A stretch of 46,971 bases of DNA, the filler included, from Pseudomonadota bacterium (GTDB lineage Bacteria > Bdellovibrionota_F > JAHFAK01 > JBDREC01): the NCBI GenBank assembly GCA_043820105.1. It is 5 parts of 5 records of this genome, joined end to end, with 100 filler letters (N's around TTAATTAATTAA, not from the genome) between each part and the next. Parts side by side here need not be neighbours in the genome. Positions count along the whole stretch, not along the records: positions 20,487 to 38,678 come from JBDREC010000111.1; positions 38,779 to 46,971 come from JBDREC010000113.1; 3 more parts are not named here. One strand, written 5' to 3'. A program made the translations under genes and the position numbers. The notes under the pieces are model-generated. The model saw only the letters and a list, made by a program, of their open reading frames with translations. It was not told the DNA's origin and did no database searches. The first letter of the stretch is position 1. Each line of letters opens with the position of its first letter. Shown piece by piece: positions 29,595-39,624 of this stretch.

Positions 29595-30911
29595 ATGTTA
29601 TATAAATTAATAATTAGAAGTGTATTGATTTTTATATTAATAACTATTTTCACCTATTTAAATGCTACAGAAGATAAAGAGCCAAGTGTAGAAGAAATTG
29701 AAAAATTACTGCAATTAAGATCTCGTACTTCATCACTTTTTATTAAAAGCAAGCTTGATGCCTATATTAATGAAGTCGATATGTCACAGTATTCAGACTT
29801 AGAGAAAGCTCAGATTTATGAACTAATTTTTTATAGAGATAGTGAACAAAACCAAGTGGATAAAAGTGGTGAATTGGAAGGACTAAAACCAACTCTTGCT
29901 GATTTAAAATTCATGATCCAAGAAGAACAAATACACAAAATACCTCTTGTTCAGCGATTATTAATTTCTACGATAGTTGCCTTAGATGTATCTGAAATGA
30001 GTCCTTCAGAGGTTTATGATTTTGCAGAAGTAACAAAAACTATTCAAAATCCTCAATTTGCTCAACATGCTGTGAGAAAGTTTGCTTCAGCAATATTTAG
30101 TTATTCATTAACCTTGCCTTATCCTCCCAAAAATACAAAAGAAGGCAGAAAGCACAAAGATTATGTAATAGCAAAATCAGCTGCGATATCTGATGCTCTT
30201 GCAATTATTGCCAGAGCAAGCGATGATATTGTTATTAGGCTTGATGCTGTAAGGATTTCTATTTTTAGTGTTAATAGACTTTATGCAAGCTTGGGAGAAA
30301 CAGGTATAATATATGGTGTGGAAAACTTTTTAGAATGTTTAAATATTTTTCTAGATAAAAATGATCCAGTAAATGTCAATAATATGTCAGTGCATTTGAA
30401 AGCTCAGGTAGCTTTTATACAGCTTGTATCAAATATGCTTTTAAGCAATATGTTTGACAGAGAATTATTACCCTTTTTGCTAAATGCCTTAGAAAAAGTT
30501 GCACAAGAAACCGAATTTAAGGAGGTCAAAACTATTATTTCTAGAGTACTGTTATTATCTGTTCATTTGTTTAGGATAGAATATGGTGAAGGCAATCCTT
30601 TATCAGATAAAGCACTTTTAACACGAGCAAAATTAGATGAAGCTTATTCTGTTAGAGCTTTTTCTGATCAAGATTTAAGAAATAAAGGTTCAGATATTAG
30701 TTTAGATAGCATTTTTATGCAGGCTGATATTGCAGACCATGAAATTTCTCTTGAAACAAGGTTAGCAGAAAGGCTTGAACCTGATACCCGAAGTCTTGAT
30801 GATATGCTAAGGGGTATGTCTGAAGGAAGGTCTGTAGAGGAACTTATCAAAGCCAGAATAAAAGATAGTGAAAATAGAACAGGAAGAAGCAAACCAGGTA
30901 AAGTTCGATGA
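29595..30911 (+). CDS. Secreted alpha-helical hypothetical protein with basic C-terminus
   Basis: Start moved to ATG 29595, which gives a signal peptide (MLYKLIIRSVLIFILITIFTYLNA); ends GRSKPGKVR. Confidence 0.7.
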   Translation: MLYKLIIRSVLIFILITIFTYLNATEDKEPSVEEIEKLLQLRSRTSSLFIKSKLDAYINEVDMSQYSDLEKAQIYELIFYRDSEQNQVDKSGELEGLKPTLADLKFMIQEEQIHKIPLVQRLLISTIVALDVSEMSPSEVYDFAEVTKTIQNPQFAQHAVRKFASAIFSYSLTLPYPPKNTKEGRKHKDYVIAKSAAISDALAIIARASDDIVIRLDAVRISIFSVNRLYASLGETGIIYGVENFLECLNIFLDKNDPVNVNNMSVHLKAQVAFIQLVSNMLLSNMFDRELLPFLLNALEKVAQETEFKEVKTIISRVLLLSVHLFRIEYGEGNPLSDKALLTRAKLDEAYSVRAFSDQDLRNKGSDISLDSIFMQADIADHEISLETRLAERLEPDTRSLDDMLRGMSEGRSVEELIKARIKDSENRTGRSKPGKVR

Positions 30912-30957
30912 TAATCAAATCTTGATTTTTTTTTTGAATTCTACCATATTTTCATGC

Positions 30958-31269
30958 ATGTCAGATTACAATTTTTCAACACAAGATAGTTGTTATTACA
31001 TTTATCGTGATGCACATTATAAAAAGAAAAAGGAATTAAAGTTTATCTTATGGCAAATGTTGGATAAAGCTTTAAAGTCATTTTCTCAAGCCAAAGAGAT
31101 AAATAATAAGGATCCAAAAACATATTTTTATCTTGGCCATCTTTTTCTTGAAAAAGGCAAATATGATTTGGCCGTTGAAAACCTATTAAGCTCTTTAGCT
31201 TATGATTCCATTCAACCAATAGCTCACTATAACTTAGATATTGCTGAAGGCTTACAAAAAAGGAGTTAA
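30958..31269 (+). CDS. Short TPR protein (start uncertain, possibly a fragment)
   Basis: ALKSFSQAKEINNKDPKTYFYLGHLF and AHYNL TPR patterns. Confidence 0.6.
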   Translation: MSDYNFSTQDSCYYIYRDAHYKKKKELKFILWQMLDKALKSFSQAKEINNKDPKTYFYLGHLFLEKGKYDLAVENLLSSLAYDSIQPIAHYNLDIAEGLQKRS

Positions 31270-31272
31270 AAA

Positions 31273-31740
31273 ATGAATCTTCAAGAATATTTAAAAGCAA
31301 TTTTTTTATTTGAAAAATTTTATGTCGATGAACTTAATGTTTTGTGTGAAACTGCTCAAGTTAAAGAGTTTGAAGATAATGAAATGATTTTTGCAGAAGG
31401 AAGTTTGCCAGATGAGTTTTATGTTGTTTTAGAAGGTAAGGTTTCTATTTTAAAAAATGTAGCTGGTGGTCGCAAAAGAGTGCTTGCTGTGCTTGAAGAA
31501 AGCAAGGTTTTTGGTGAAATTTCATTGTTTGATAATGAACCAAGGTCTGCTGGGGCAGAAGCATCTGGGGACACTAAAATTGTAAGTTTTAACATTGAAA
31601 AGTTTCGTTATATTCTTGATACAAATTCACAACTCGCCGCTAAATTTCAAAGACAGATCATTCTAATTTTGGGTTCTCGAATAAGAAAAACAAATGAAAA
31701 ATTAAACCAGGGAATTATTTGGGGATTTACCACACAATGA
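31273..31740 (+). CDS. Stand-alone cyclic-nucleotide-binding domain protein
   Basis: IFAEG, FYVVLEGKV, FGEISL...PRSA; no C-terminal HTH; AGGAG RBS. Confidence 0.88.
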   Translation: MNLQEYLKAIFLFEKFYVDELNVLCETAQVKEFEDNEMIFAEGSLPDEFYVVLEGKVSILKNVAGGRKRVLAVLEESKVFGEISLFDNEPRSAGAEASGDTKIVSFNIEKFRYILDTNSQLAAKFQRQIILILGSRIRKTNEKLNQGIIWGFTTQ

Positions 31741-33011
31741 AAAAAGGCTTTTTGTTTTCATCCCAAAAGCCAATTATAATTTATCTTCTTTGTCTAATTC
31801 TGTTTTTTGAAATTACAATAAATGCACAAGATAGTGATAATTTTACTAGCATTATAAGTATATATATTGATGACTCAACAGGAGCCGTTGATGAAGAGTT
31901 TATAAAAGAAAAAATATCTTTGGTTAACTACGCTATTGATAGGAAAGATTCTCATGTTCATGTAATTGTTACTTCGCTATCCACTGGCTCTGGGACAGAA
32001 TATGTTTTAGAATTCTATGGAAAGAAAAAATTTAAAAATATTGATGATAGGATAACATTTAATATTTACTCCAATGATTCTGATGATCAAATTAGGAAAT
32101 CTCTTGTTTATAATTTAAAACTTGGTCTTTTCCCTTATCTAATTCGAACAACTTATCTAAAAGACCTTTCTTTAACTTATAAAAAACAAAATTTATTAGA
32201 CTTAAGTAATGACCCCTGGGATAAGTGGGTTTTTACATTGGGATTACAGGGTTCTTTTAATGGAGAAGAATCAACAAATACTTTAAACATGAAAAGTACT
32301 TTTGATGTTGATCGGGTTACCGAAGATTGGCGTTTTGATTTATCTTCTAATTATACATATAATAAAAGCTCCTATGAAATTTCTAGTACTGAAACTATTG
32401 ATTCCATATTAGATGAAAAGACACTCAATCTTACTATCGTTAAAAGTCTTGGCCAGCATTGGGGCTTGGGTGTTAACGGAAGAGTGCAGGCATCCTCATA
32501 TAGTAATTTAGATTTTTCAAGCAAATTAGCTCCTGCAATTGAATACAATATCTTTCCTTATTCTGAAGCTAATAGACGGATTTTTAGGATTCATTATTGG
32601 CCTGGTTTTTATTATCAAAATTACACAGAAGAAACTATTTATGATAAGTGGTCAGAGTTTTTATTTGGTCACTATCTTCTTTGCGCATATAGCATGAAAG
32701 AACAATGGGGACAAATCGATTTTTCAACCTCAGGCTTTCATTATTTTCATGATTATGAAAAATATTATGTTAATATTGCTAACACATATAGTGTTAATTT
32801 ATTTAAGGGACTATCTTTAGATCTTTATGGCTATCTTGCAATGATTCATGATCAGTTAACCTTGCCAAAGGGAGGGGCAAGCCAAGAAGAAATTCTATTG
32901 CAACAAGTTGAGATTGAGACTTCTTACACATATACAATTTCATTGGGATTAAGTTATAAGTTTGGTTCTAAGTTTAGTAATATTATTAATCCCAGGTTTG
33001 GTTATTATTAA
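31737..33011 (+). CDS. Outer-membrane beta-barrel protein with N-terminal periplasmic domain (paralog 1)
   Basis: ATGA overlap with previous stop; signal peptide; DPWDKWVF, VKSLGQHW, PAIEYNIFPY, INPRFGYY. Confidence 0.75.
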   Translation: MKKGFLFSSQKPIIIYLLCLILFFEITINAQDSDNFTSIISIYIDDSTGAVDEEFIKEKISLVNYAIDRKDSHVHVIVTSLSTGSGTEYVLEFYGKKKFKNIDDRITFNIYSNDSDDQIRKSLVYNLKLGLFPYLIRTTYLKDLSLTYKKQNLLDLSNDPWDKWVFTLGLQGSFNGEESTNTLNMKSTFDVDRVTEDWRFDLSSNYTYNKSSYEISSTETIDSILDEKTLNLTIVKSLGQHWGLGVNGRVQASSYSNLDFSSKLAPAIEYNIFPYSEANRRIFRIHYWPGFYYQNYTEETIYDKWSEFLFGHYLLCAYSMKEQWGQIDFSTSGFHYFHDYEKYYVNIANTYSVNLFKGLSLDLYGYLAMIHDQLTLPKGGASQEEILLQQVEIETSYTYTISLGLSYKFGSKFSNIINPRFGYY

Positions 33012-34228
33012 TGAAGAATATTCGTTTTTTTATATATTTTATGCTTATTTTTTTAGTGGCTACTGGTCTTTTCTGTGCCCAGGAGAAAAGTATTCCAAAT
33101 TTGTTTATTGAAGCTGATGTTGCTAATCTTAGAGAGGCTATTGAAAAAATTGAGTTTGTCCGGCTTGTTGAAAATATGGATTTGGCTCAGATTTCTTTGA
33201 AAATTAGAAAACATGATTTTGATAGTATTTATTATCTTGAGTTTAAAGGTTTTGGCGATTTTGAGGGTATTGATGATGATTATGTGATTAAGATTAAGAG
33301 TGAAGAAGACGAAATTCAAAGTATTATAAAAAATATTGAAATAGCCTTGTTAAAATATATGTCAAAAACCAAGTTAAAGAATAATTTCAAAATTCATTTT
33401 GATAAAAATATGAAAGCCAATAAAAAACAAGAAGATGAATGGGATTATTGGGTATTTCAAGTTGGAGGAAGCATTAATCTTACTGGCGAACAAACAAGAG
33501 ATACACAGACGTTTTCTGGTTTTGTTTATGCTGATAGGATAACAGATGAGGTCAGGCTTGATATTAATCTAAGCGCAAGTTATGAATCTCAGAACTATGA
33601 GCTTATAGATAGCACCATCACAAGTGTATATGAAAATTATTCTCATACTTCTTCCTTAGTGAAAAGTCTTGGTGATCATTTTGCCTATGGTTTTCACTTT
33701 GGTACAACTCAGTCTTCATATGACAACCTGGATTTATATGCTTACATAACTCCAGCAGTGGAGTACAATCTTTTTCCATATTGGAAATCAAATCATTATA
33801 TTTTAAGGGCCTATTATCGAGCAGGATACGTTTATAATAATTACATTGAAGAAACAGTTTATAATAAATGGGAAGATCACTTAGCTAAACAATGGCTGAG
33901 TCTTGCATTTTCAGCAAATGAAAACTGGGGTACAATTCTTGCCTCAATTTCTGGTTCAAACTATTTTCATGATTTAACATTATATAGATTAACAACAAAT
34001 AATTCCATTGATTTTAAATTATTTGGAGGTCTTGCTTTATCTCTTGGTTTTGATTTTTCCTTAATAAGTTCCCAATTATCCCTTCCACTTTCAGAAGCCA
34101 GTGAAGAAGAGATTTTATTAGGAGAGATCCTTCTTGAAACTTCCTTTGACTATTCTCTTACTTTTGGCTTTACATACACCTTTGGCTCTGATAAAGCGCA
34201 TGTTGTTAATCCAAGATTTGGGTATTAG
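33011..34228 (+). CDS. Outer-membrane beta-barrel protein (paralog 2)
   Basis: Shares DEWDYWVF, VKSLGDHF, PAVEYNLFPY, ASxEEILL and VNPRFGY with the previous ORF; TAATG coupling. Confidence 0.75.
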   Translation: MKNIRFFIYFMLIFLVATGLFCAQEKSIPNLFIEADVANLREAIEKIEFVRLVENMDLAQISLKIRKHDFDSIYYLEFKGFGDFEGIDDDYVIKIKSEEDEIQSIIKNIEIALLKYMSKTKLKNNFKIHFDKNMKANKKQEDEWDYWVFQVGGSINLTGEQTRDTQTFSGFVYADRITDEVRLDINLSASYESQNYELIDSTITSVYENYSHTSSLVKSLGDHFAYGFHFGTTQSSYDNLDLYAYITPAVEYNLFPYWKSNHYILRAYYRAGYVYNNYIEETVYNKWEDHLAKQWLSLAFSANENWGTILASISGSNYFHDLTLYRLTTNNSIDFKLFGGLALSLGFDFSLISSQLSLPLSEASEEEILLGEILLETSFDYSLTFGFTYTFGSDKAHVVNPRFGY

Positions 34229-34237
34229 AGAAATTAT

Positions 34238-34350
34238 TGGTATCTGGTATTTGGTATTCAGTATTCGGTATTCGGTATTCGGTATTCAGTATTCAGTATT
34301 CGGTATTCGGTATTCGGTATTCAGTATTTAGTATTCAGTATTTAGAATTC
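34238..34350. repeat. Heptamer tandem repeat (GTATTCR), ~15 units
   Basis: gtattca/gtattcg/gtattta units directly after the barrel operon. Confidence 0.9.
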
Positions 34351-34475
34351 TAACTTGTGACTTCTAAGTCTCAGGTTTATCATATTATGTAAATATAACT
34401 ATCTGTTTAACAAAAAAAATCAAATTAGGTGAGCGTAAGTTATCAAAATAAAAGATAATAGCCTTATTTATCTTT

Positions 34476-34491
34476 TGGTATTTCATTTGCA
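34476..34491 (+). promoter_or_regulatory. Sigma-54 -24/-12 promoter candidate
   Basis: TGGTATTTCATTTGCA with GG-N10-GC spacing upstream of ATG 34554. Confidence 0.65.
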
Positions 34492-34553
34492 CAGTATTAA
34501 AGCCCTATGGGATAAAATTATAGGAAACATCATTGATTGTATTAAAATTTAAA

Positions 34554-36797
34554 ATGATTTTTATCAAAAAGCTTTTTTTCTTGGCGATTCTAGTCTGTTT
34601 ATTTACTTTAATTTTATTTGGAGATTCGCTTTTTGCAGTTTCTAAAAGGCAAGAATATATCGCCAGGTTGAAATTATCTACTTTAACTCAACTAGATAAT
34701 GCACTTGGAATGATTAGAAACCCAAGCTCAATAAAGGCGCAAATAATTTCTAAAGAAATTGTAAGAAGATATAAAGAGGCCGAATATGTTGAGCGACAGT
34801 CTATTGAACGTGTTTTGTTAAAGCATATTAACAGTATGTCTCCAGCTGCTTTTTTAGATGTGGCTCATGAGCTGCCCCAAAGTCCTAAGGTTGCAGAAAG
34901 ATGTTTGGAAATTATAGAAGGTAGATGGAATTCTATTACTGCAGAAAAAGCATATGCTGCAGTAGTTCTGCTTCAGCGCCTGAGCTTAACAATGAATAAA
35001 GCGAGAAAAGAACGTTTGGCAAAGGCTTTATTAGAGCCTGGACTTCTAGAATATATTTTAAAAATTAACATAAATCCAAGTCGTGTTAAAGATAGTAAGA
35101 TCGATGTATTTGGAGAACATAGAGTTGGTTTTAGAGTTTTAAAAGAACTTTCGATTTTAGCAGCTGAAGCTGTATATGTCCTTGATCCTGGAAATAAATC
35201 AATTGCAGATTTATCAAGATTACCTAAAGACACACATACGGTTGTAGACAAAGTATACTCTGATTGTTTTCAAAGCGTTCGTGCAAAATATTCCTTTAAA
35301 GCTGCTTTTACTATGAACCCAGCTGATACAGGGATGATCGCTGTTCCACTTCCAATGAGAGAACGACCAATTGAGCAAGAAAGATTGCCAGATCCAATAT
35401 CACTTGATCCTGTTATAGAGAAGCCAGGAATTATAGGTGTCCCTGTTACAGAAGATACAGCACCTATTGGTTTGGATTTTAGTGATGCTAATAAACCAAG
35501 ATCTACTCCAACAGTAGCTGGAAAAACTGTTCAATATGCCTCAGGCACCTTAATGGGTGGGGCTACATTTTTAGTTGGCGATGTAGGGTCTGAATTAATT
35601 TTAGCTGCAATTGAAGGTGGTAACTGGTCTCGTCTTGAACACTTACATATTCTTAATATTTTAAAAAGTTATGCTGGTTTAACTCTTGGACATGGAGCTG
35701 GCTTGGCTTCTGTAAAGGGATTAGAGGCTTCATATATTAAGCTTTCTGGAAATGCTTTAAGAAAAATAACTCCAGGTCCTCTGCCAGTAAACGCTAATAT
35801 TGGCTTTGGTCGCCTTGCTTTAAATCGAGGAGTTCCTTTATTTTTTGCCTTAAAGGCACAAGAAATTATCATGACAGGGGAGCTTACTTTTGGAGTGCAT
35901 GATGCGCTCACAATGGCAAATATTTTAACTGCTGAAGCATCAGTTCGTGCAATTATCGCTTTACTTAGACAAGGAACAAGACTGGTTAACTCTGGATCAA
36001 AACTTGCAAACATTGTAAGCCTTGAAAATCCATGGCTTGCTTTGTCGGCTATTGCTGCTCGTGAAATCTTTGTTTTTACTATTATTAAGGCCTTGGCAAT
36101 GGCTGAAGATGAGGCCATATTAAGTATGTACAAGCTTGAAGCAAAAACCAAGTTAGCATTCAATATGCTGAATCTTGATATTATGCTTAAAAAGGCCCAT
36201 CAAGGAACGGATTTTATAAGTTTAAAAGATTATGAAAATGCTCTTTCTAAACTCGTGCAAAGTTTTAATGACGTAATAGAAATTCATTCACCATATTTGA
36301 AAATTGCAATGGCGGCAAGTGGACGAATTGAAGCTGCTTGTGAAGATGCTCCTTGTGATGATTCTTTTCAAAAGGATTATTCTTTAGATGTTAAAGATCG
36401 CTACAATATGCTTTTAGATTATACTAAATGTGAGAATGAAAAAGTTAATGTTAATAGATGGTATGAAGATGCTGCCTTTGATCTTGAAGAATCTTTAATT
36501 TACACTGATGATCATTCATCATTTGAAGACCTGGCTATAGCAGAATTAGATCTAGATTTTATCGCTAGCCTGGAAAGTTCAGAAGATAAGACTTATGTAT
36601 TAGATTTAATGAAACTCCTTGAGTTTTATAGTGATGAAAACATTACAGGTCTTATGGAACTTGGTCATACATATCTTTCAATGCAGGATTATGTGTCTGA
36701 GATAATTGGAAGTCTTGCTAGCACAAAGGAAGGGCTTATGTTGCAGATGTTTGAATATTTGATTTCAAGAGAAGCTTTTTTAGCGAGCTTAATTTAA
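34554..36797 (+). CDS. Secreted hypothetical protein: helical N-domain, Pro-rich linker, Gly/Ala-rich hydrophobic region, acidic C-domain
   Basis: ATG 34554 gives a signal peptide (…SLFA); no recognised family. Confidence 0.7.
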   Translation: MIFIKKLFFLAILVCLFTLILFGDSLFAVSKRQEYIARLKLSTLTQLDNALGMIRNPSSIKAQIISKEIVRRYKEAEYVERQSIERVLLKHINSMSPAAFLDVAHELPQSPKVAERCLEIIEGRWNSITAEKAYAAVVLLQRLSLTMNKARKERLAKALLEPGLLEYILKININPSRVKDSKIDVFGEHRVGFRVLKELSILAAEAVYVLDPGNKSIADLSRLPKDTHTVVDKVYSDCFQSVRAKYSFKAAFTMNPADTGMIAVPLPMRERPIEQERLPDPISLDPVIEKPGIIGVPVTEDTAPIGLDFSDANKPRSTPTVAGKTVQYASGTLMGGATFLVGDVGSELILAAIEGGNWSRLEHLHILNILKSYAGLTLGHGAGLASVKGLEASYIKLSGNALRKITPGPLPVNANIGFGRLALNRGVPLFFALKAQEIIMTGELTFGVHDALTMANILTAEASVRAIIALLRQGTRLVNSGSKLANIVSLENPWLALSAIAAREIFVFTIIKALAMAEDEAILSMYKLEAKTKLAFNMLNLDIMLKKAHQGTDFISLKDYENALSKLVQSFNDVIEIHSPYLKIAMAASGRIEAACEDAPCDDSFQKDYSLDVKDRYNMLLDYTKCENEKVNVNRWYEDAAFDLEESLIYTDDHSSFEDLAIAELDLDFIASLESSEDKTYVLDLMKLLEFYSDENITGLMELGHTYLSMQDYVSEIIGSLASTKEGLMLQMFEYLISREAFLASLI

Positions 36798-36829
36798 GGG
36801 TAGAATTAATAACTATTTGGGTTTATACT

Positions 36830-38365
36830 ATGTTTTTTTATAGAAATCATTTAAAAGTAGTATTACTTTTATTTGTATTATTTTTTATCTTCATTATTTC
36901 CTTTAAATTAAATGCAAGTGAAATTCCAATTGAAGCAAAATTTCAGGTTTTGTCTGATACTGAATCTTCTGGTGAAAAACGTGCGAGTGTTATTCAAGAG
37001 CTATTGGTCGAATTTGGAAGGAATGCGCTTTCTGTAGAGAATGCTAATAAACTTGTTGGGCTAATGTTTCTGCCTCAAAACAGACAATCTCTTGAGCTAC
37101 TTAATCTTTCTTTGCGGGAGCAAATAGCACGGGGGCTTGGATACTCTGAGGGTGATTTGTTATTCTTGGTAACATCTTCTTACATGCTCGGAAGCGAATA
37201 TGGAAAAATTAAAGAAATTCGTCCTGGCTTTCTTATTTTTACCAAAAGAACTGAATATAGCTTTGGTGAAATGTTATTTGTTTATAGTGCTGAAACAGCA
37301 AGGTTATTTACAGTTGTAGCCTTGGATTCACCCGAAGCATTAGGCTATCTGGAAAGAGAAGCTAGTCAAGAAGGATTAAGAGAAACTATCGAATTTCTAA
37401 CTCTTGTTAATAAAAGAATAACTGAAGGACCTAATCAAAAGCATGCAGATTTGTTGCTTGATATTGTCACTGATCTTCAAGAAATGCATTCGATTTCTGA
37501 AAGAACCGCTGCTTTAATCCATCTTTTATCAGAAAATATTTTTGTAAGTGAAGAAATTAGAAATGAGCTTTTAATATTTTTAATCGGTGAAAAAGATTTT
37601 TCAAGAAGAGTTTATAATAGACTATCTTATTTAATGAGATTAAGTCAAAATAATCCGGATCTTAAAATACATGAAGCTAGCCTGATAGAGTCAGGTTTAT
37701 CTTTAAGTGAAATACCACCTTGGCTTGATTCTAAACTTCCATCTTTAATTTATAAAGATATGCAGGCCGTTGAAAGTTTATGGCTTGCTTTAAATGCTTG
37801 TTTAAATTTAGATGCAAAAGAAATAGGTGTAGAGGGAATTCCATTTGTAGATACAAAAGCAAGAGCAATAAAAGAGCTGGCATATGTGCCTGGGATTCTA
37901 CGTTCTTTAGAGTATTTGGGGTACAGGCGAGTTAATGTTTGGGGCATTGAATTTATTCTTAGACGATCAGGACCAAGTATTACTTCAAGAGAAGTCCTTG
38001 CCTTTCCTCCTATTTGGAATGACTATTATCGTTCATTTGATAGATCAGGTGCTACTCACTTTGTTTCAGAAGTTCCAAGAAACGCAAATGCTTATTCTAA
38101 TAGTACTACTTTAATTGTTGAATCTCTAGAAGTAAGTGAAAGAGCTAGACCTAACCAGATGAATTTAGAAATCCGAGAAGTTCCAGAAGCTGTTTCAATG
38201 ATTTTAGCTGAGTATTCTTTGGCTCCAGAACATTGGATTCACATAAGGGGAGAAGATGGAAGGCTTCTTGAAGGCGAGGCATTGAGAAGAGCTCTTGAAC
38301 TTCACGCTGAAAAAAGGTTTGAAATTGATGGGCGTAGAGTTGTTAGGAAGGTTGAAGTAAGATGA
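36830..38365 (+). CDS. Secreted hypothetical protein with basic C-terminus
   Basis: Signal peptide (…FKLNA); ends RRVVRKVEVR; 32 nt after the previous gene. Confidence 0.7.
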   Translation: MFFYRNHLKVVLLLFVLFFIFIISFKLNASEIPIEAKFQVLSDTESSGEKRASVIQELLVEFGRNALSVENANKLVGLMFLPQNRQSLELLNLSLREQIARGLGYSEGDLLFLVTSSYMLGSEYGKIKEIRPGFLIFTKRTEYSFGEMLFVYSAETARLFTVVALDSPEALGYLEREASQEGLRETIEFLTLVNKRITEGPNQKHADLLLDIVTDLQEMHSISERTAALIHLLSENIFVSEEIRNELLIFLIGEKDFSRRVYNRLSYLMRLSQNNPDLKIHEASLIESGLSLSEIPPWLDSKLPSLIYKDMQAVESLWLALNACLNLDAKEIGVEGIPFVDTKARAIKELAYVPGILRSLEYLGYRRVNVWGIEFILRRSGPSITSREVLAFPPIWNDYYRSFDRSGATHFVSEVPRNANAYSNSTTLIVESLEVSERARPNQMNLEIREVPEAVSMILAEYSLAPEHWIHIRGEDGRLLEGEALRRALELHAEKRFEIDGRRVVRKVEVR

Positions 38366-38499
38366 ATCAGTTTTTATCTATTATTCAAAAATATACAGCA
38401 TAGCATCTCCTTGCTTTTAATGCATTTTATAAAAGAGATCTGTTAAAACTTTTAGCAAGCACTGTTTCTAAATAATAAGATATAACGATACTTGATACA

Positions 38500-38678
38500 A
38501 TGTGGACCAAATTAAGAACTGTTCTTAATAAATTGGGATAAAAAACATTACAAAACCTCTTTTTCAAAAAGCATAAAAATGCTCAGAACACGACTGCATG
38601 AAAGTAATAAAAATATATTTATTATAAAGGTTTATTGCATGACAGTGGGAATACAATAAGCCTTTAATAATAAAATAT
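38500..38678. repeat. Left arm, loop and start of right arm of the foldback element
   Basis: Reverse complement of ~38500-38640 aligns with 5-144; 38647-38678 equals 1-32. Confidence 0.8.
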
Positions 38679-38778
38679 NNNNNNNNNNNNNNNNNNNNNN
38701 NNNNNNNNNNNNNNNNNNNNNNTTAATTAATTAANNNNNNNNNNNNNNNNNNNNNNNNNNNNNNNNNNNNNNNNNNNN
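38679..38778. other. Artificial contig linker
   Basis: N44-TTAATTAATTAA-N44. Confidence 0.98.
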
Positions 38779-38835
38779 AAGATAAGTTCTGAAGCAACCT
38801 TTTAATCAACTATTGATATTCCAGAACCTGGAATG

Positions 38836-38888
38836 TGCCAATCGGATTGAAAACTGGTCCACGAATCGGACGCAAAAGTGGTCCACCT
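38836..38888 (+). mobile_element. Orphan IS21-family-like terminal repeat
   Basis: TGCCAATCGGATTGAAAACTGGTCCACGAATCGGACGCAAAAGTGGTCCACC: TG end and two AAAAxTGGTCCAC repeats. Confidence 0.65.
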
Positions 38889-38902
38889 AGCCCAAAAATT
38901 TT

Positions 38903-39388
38903 TTAAATCATTATCCTTACAATTATATTTAAATAATACCTTATAGCCGTCAAATCCAATGCTAAAATTTCTGTAAAATGAAACAAATCTCTTTCAGGAT
39001 AAAGTTTTTTTATGTTAAAATCACTTAACATGCTTTTAATTTCATCATAATTTTCATCAAGATAATAAAAATTGATTTTATTCAATTTCCCCCAAAAGTA
39101 GTTTGGATTTTTTTCTAACAATTTATCATTTAACTCTCTTGCTAGATCACTATTCCCTTTTCTATGATAAAGTGCTATTAGATAATTCTTAAATTGAGGT
39201 AAATTTGGATACTTTTGTATAGCTTTTTTTAATTTTTTTATAGTCCCAATTTTATTTTTTGTAGATGCCCAATACAGTTTACTCATAAGATCTTTAACAT
39301 CTTCATCATTGTTGTTATCATTATATAAAGGATTAAATGTAATTGTGTAATCTTTCTTTTTTAATTCATTCATAACTTTTTTAACCAT
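38903..39388 (-). pseudogene. TPR-like N-terminal fragment (resembles the N-terminus of DUF1186-type proteins), probably 3'-truncated
   Basis: KYPNLPQFKNYL, NPNYFWGKLN, LYPERDLFHFTE; ends abruptly next to an IS-like end. Confidence 0.5.
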
Positions 39389-39438
39389 TTATTCAATTTA
39401 AAAGATGAGATATTAAATAACGAAAGCTTTCTTTGTTT

Positions 39439-39624
39439 TCATGCTTCAAGATACCATGATTCAATATAGTAATTACCATTAATGGGATATTCATCATTGT
39501 CATTTGCTTTTAATTCAATTGTATTGGTTTTAGGATTTAATCTGATATTATCTGAATCAGAAAGCATTATTTGATTTCTATTTTCTTCTAAAAATTCAAA
39601 GCTATGAATAATTTCAGTAATCAT
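39439..39624 (-). pseudogene. Short ORF coupled to the phage neck gene; probable truncated phage structural gene
   Basis: ATGA overlap with the stop of 39621-40175; only 61 aa. Confidence 0.4.

Noticed and set aside
34134..34350. CRISPR array or a real ORF (YSVFGI repeats)
   Set aside because: Contiguous 7-nt units with no spacers; the peptide is just the translated repeat.
5933..38778. Four identical TTAATTAATTAA motifs within N runs
   Set aside because: Artificial contig spacers; adjacency across them carries no biological meaning.
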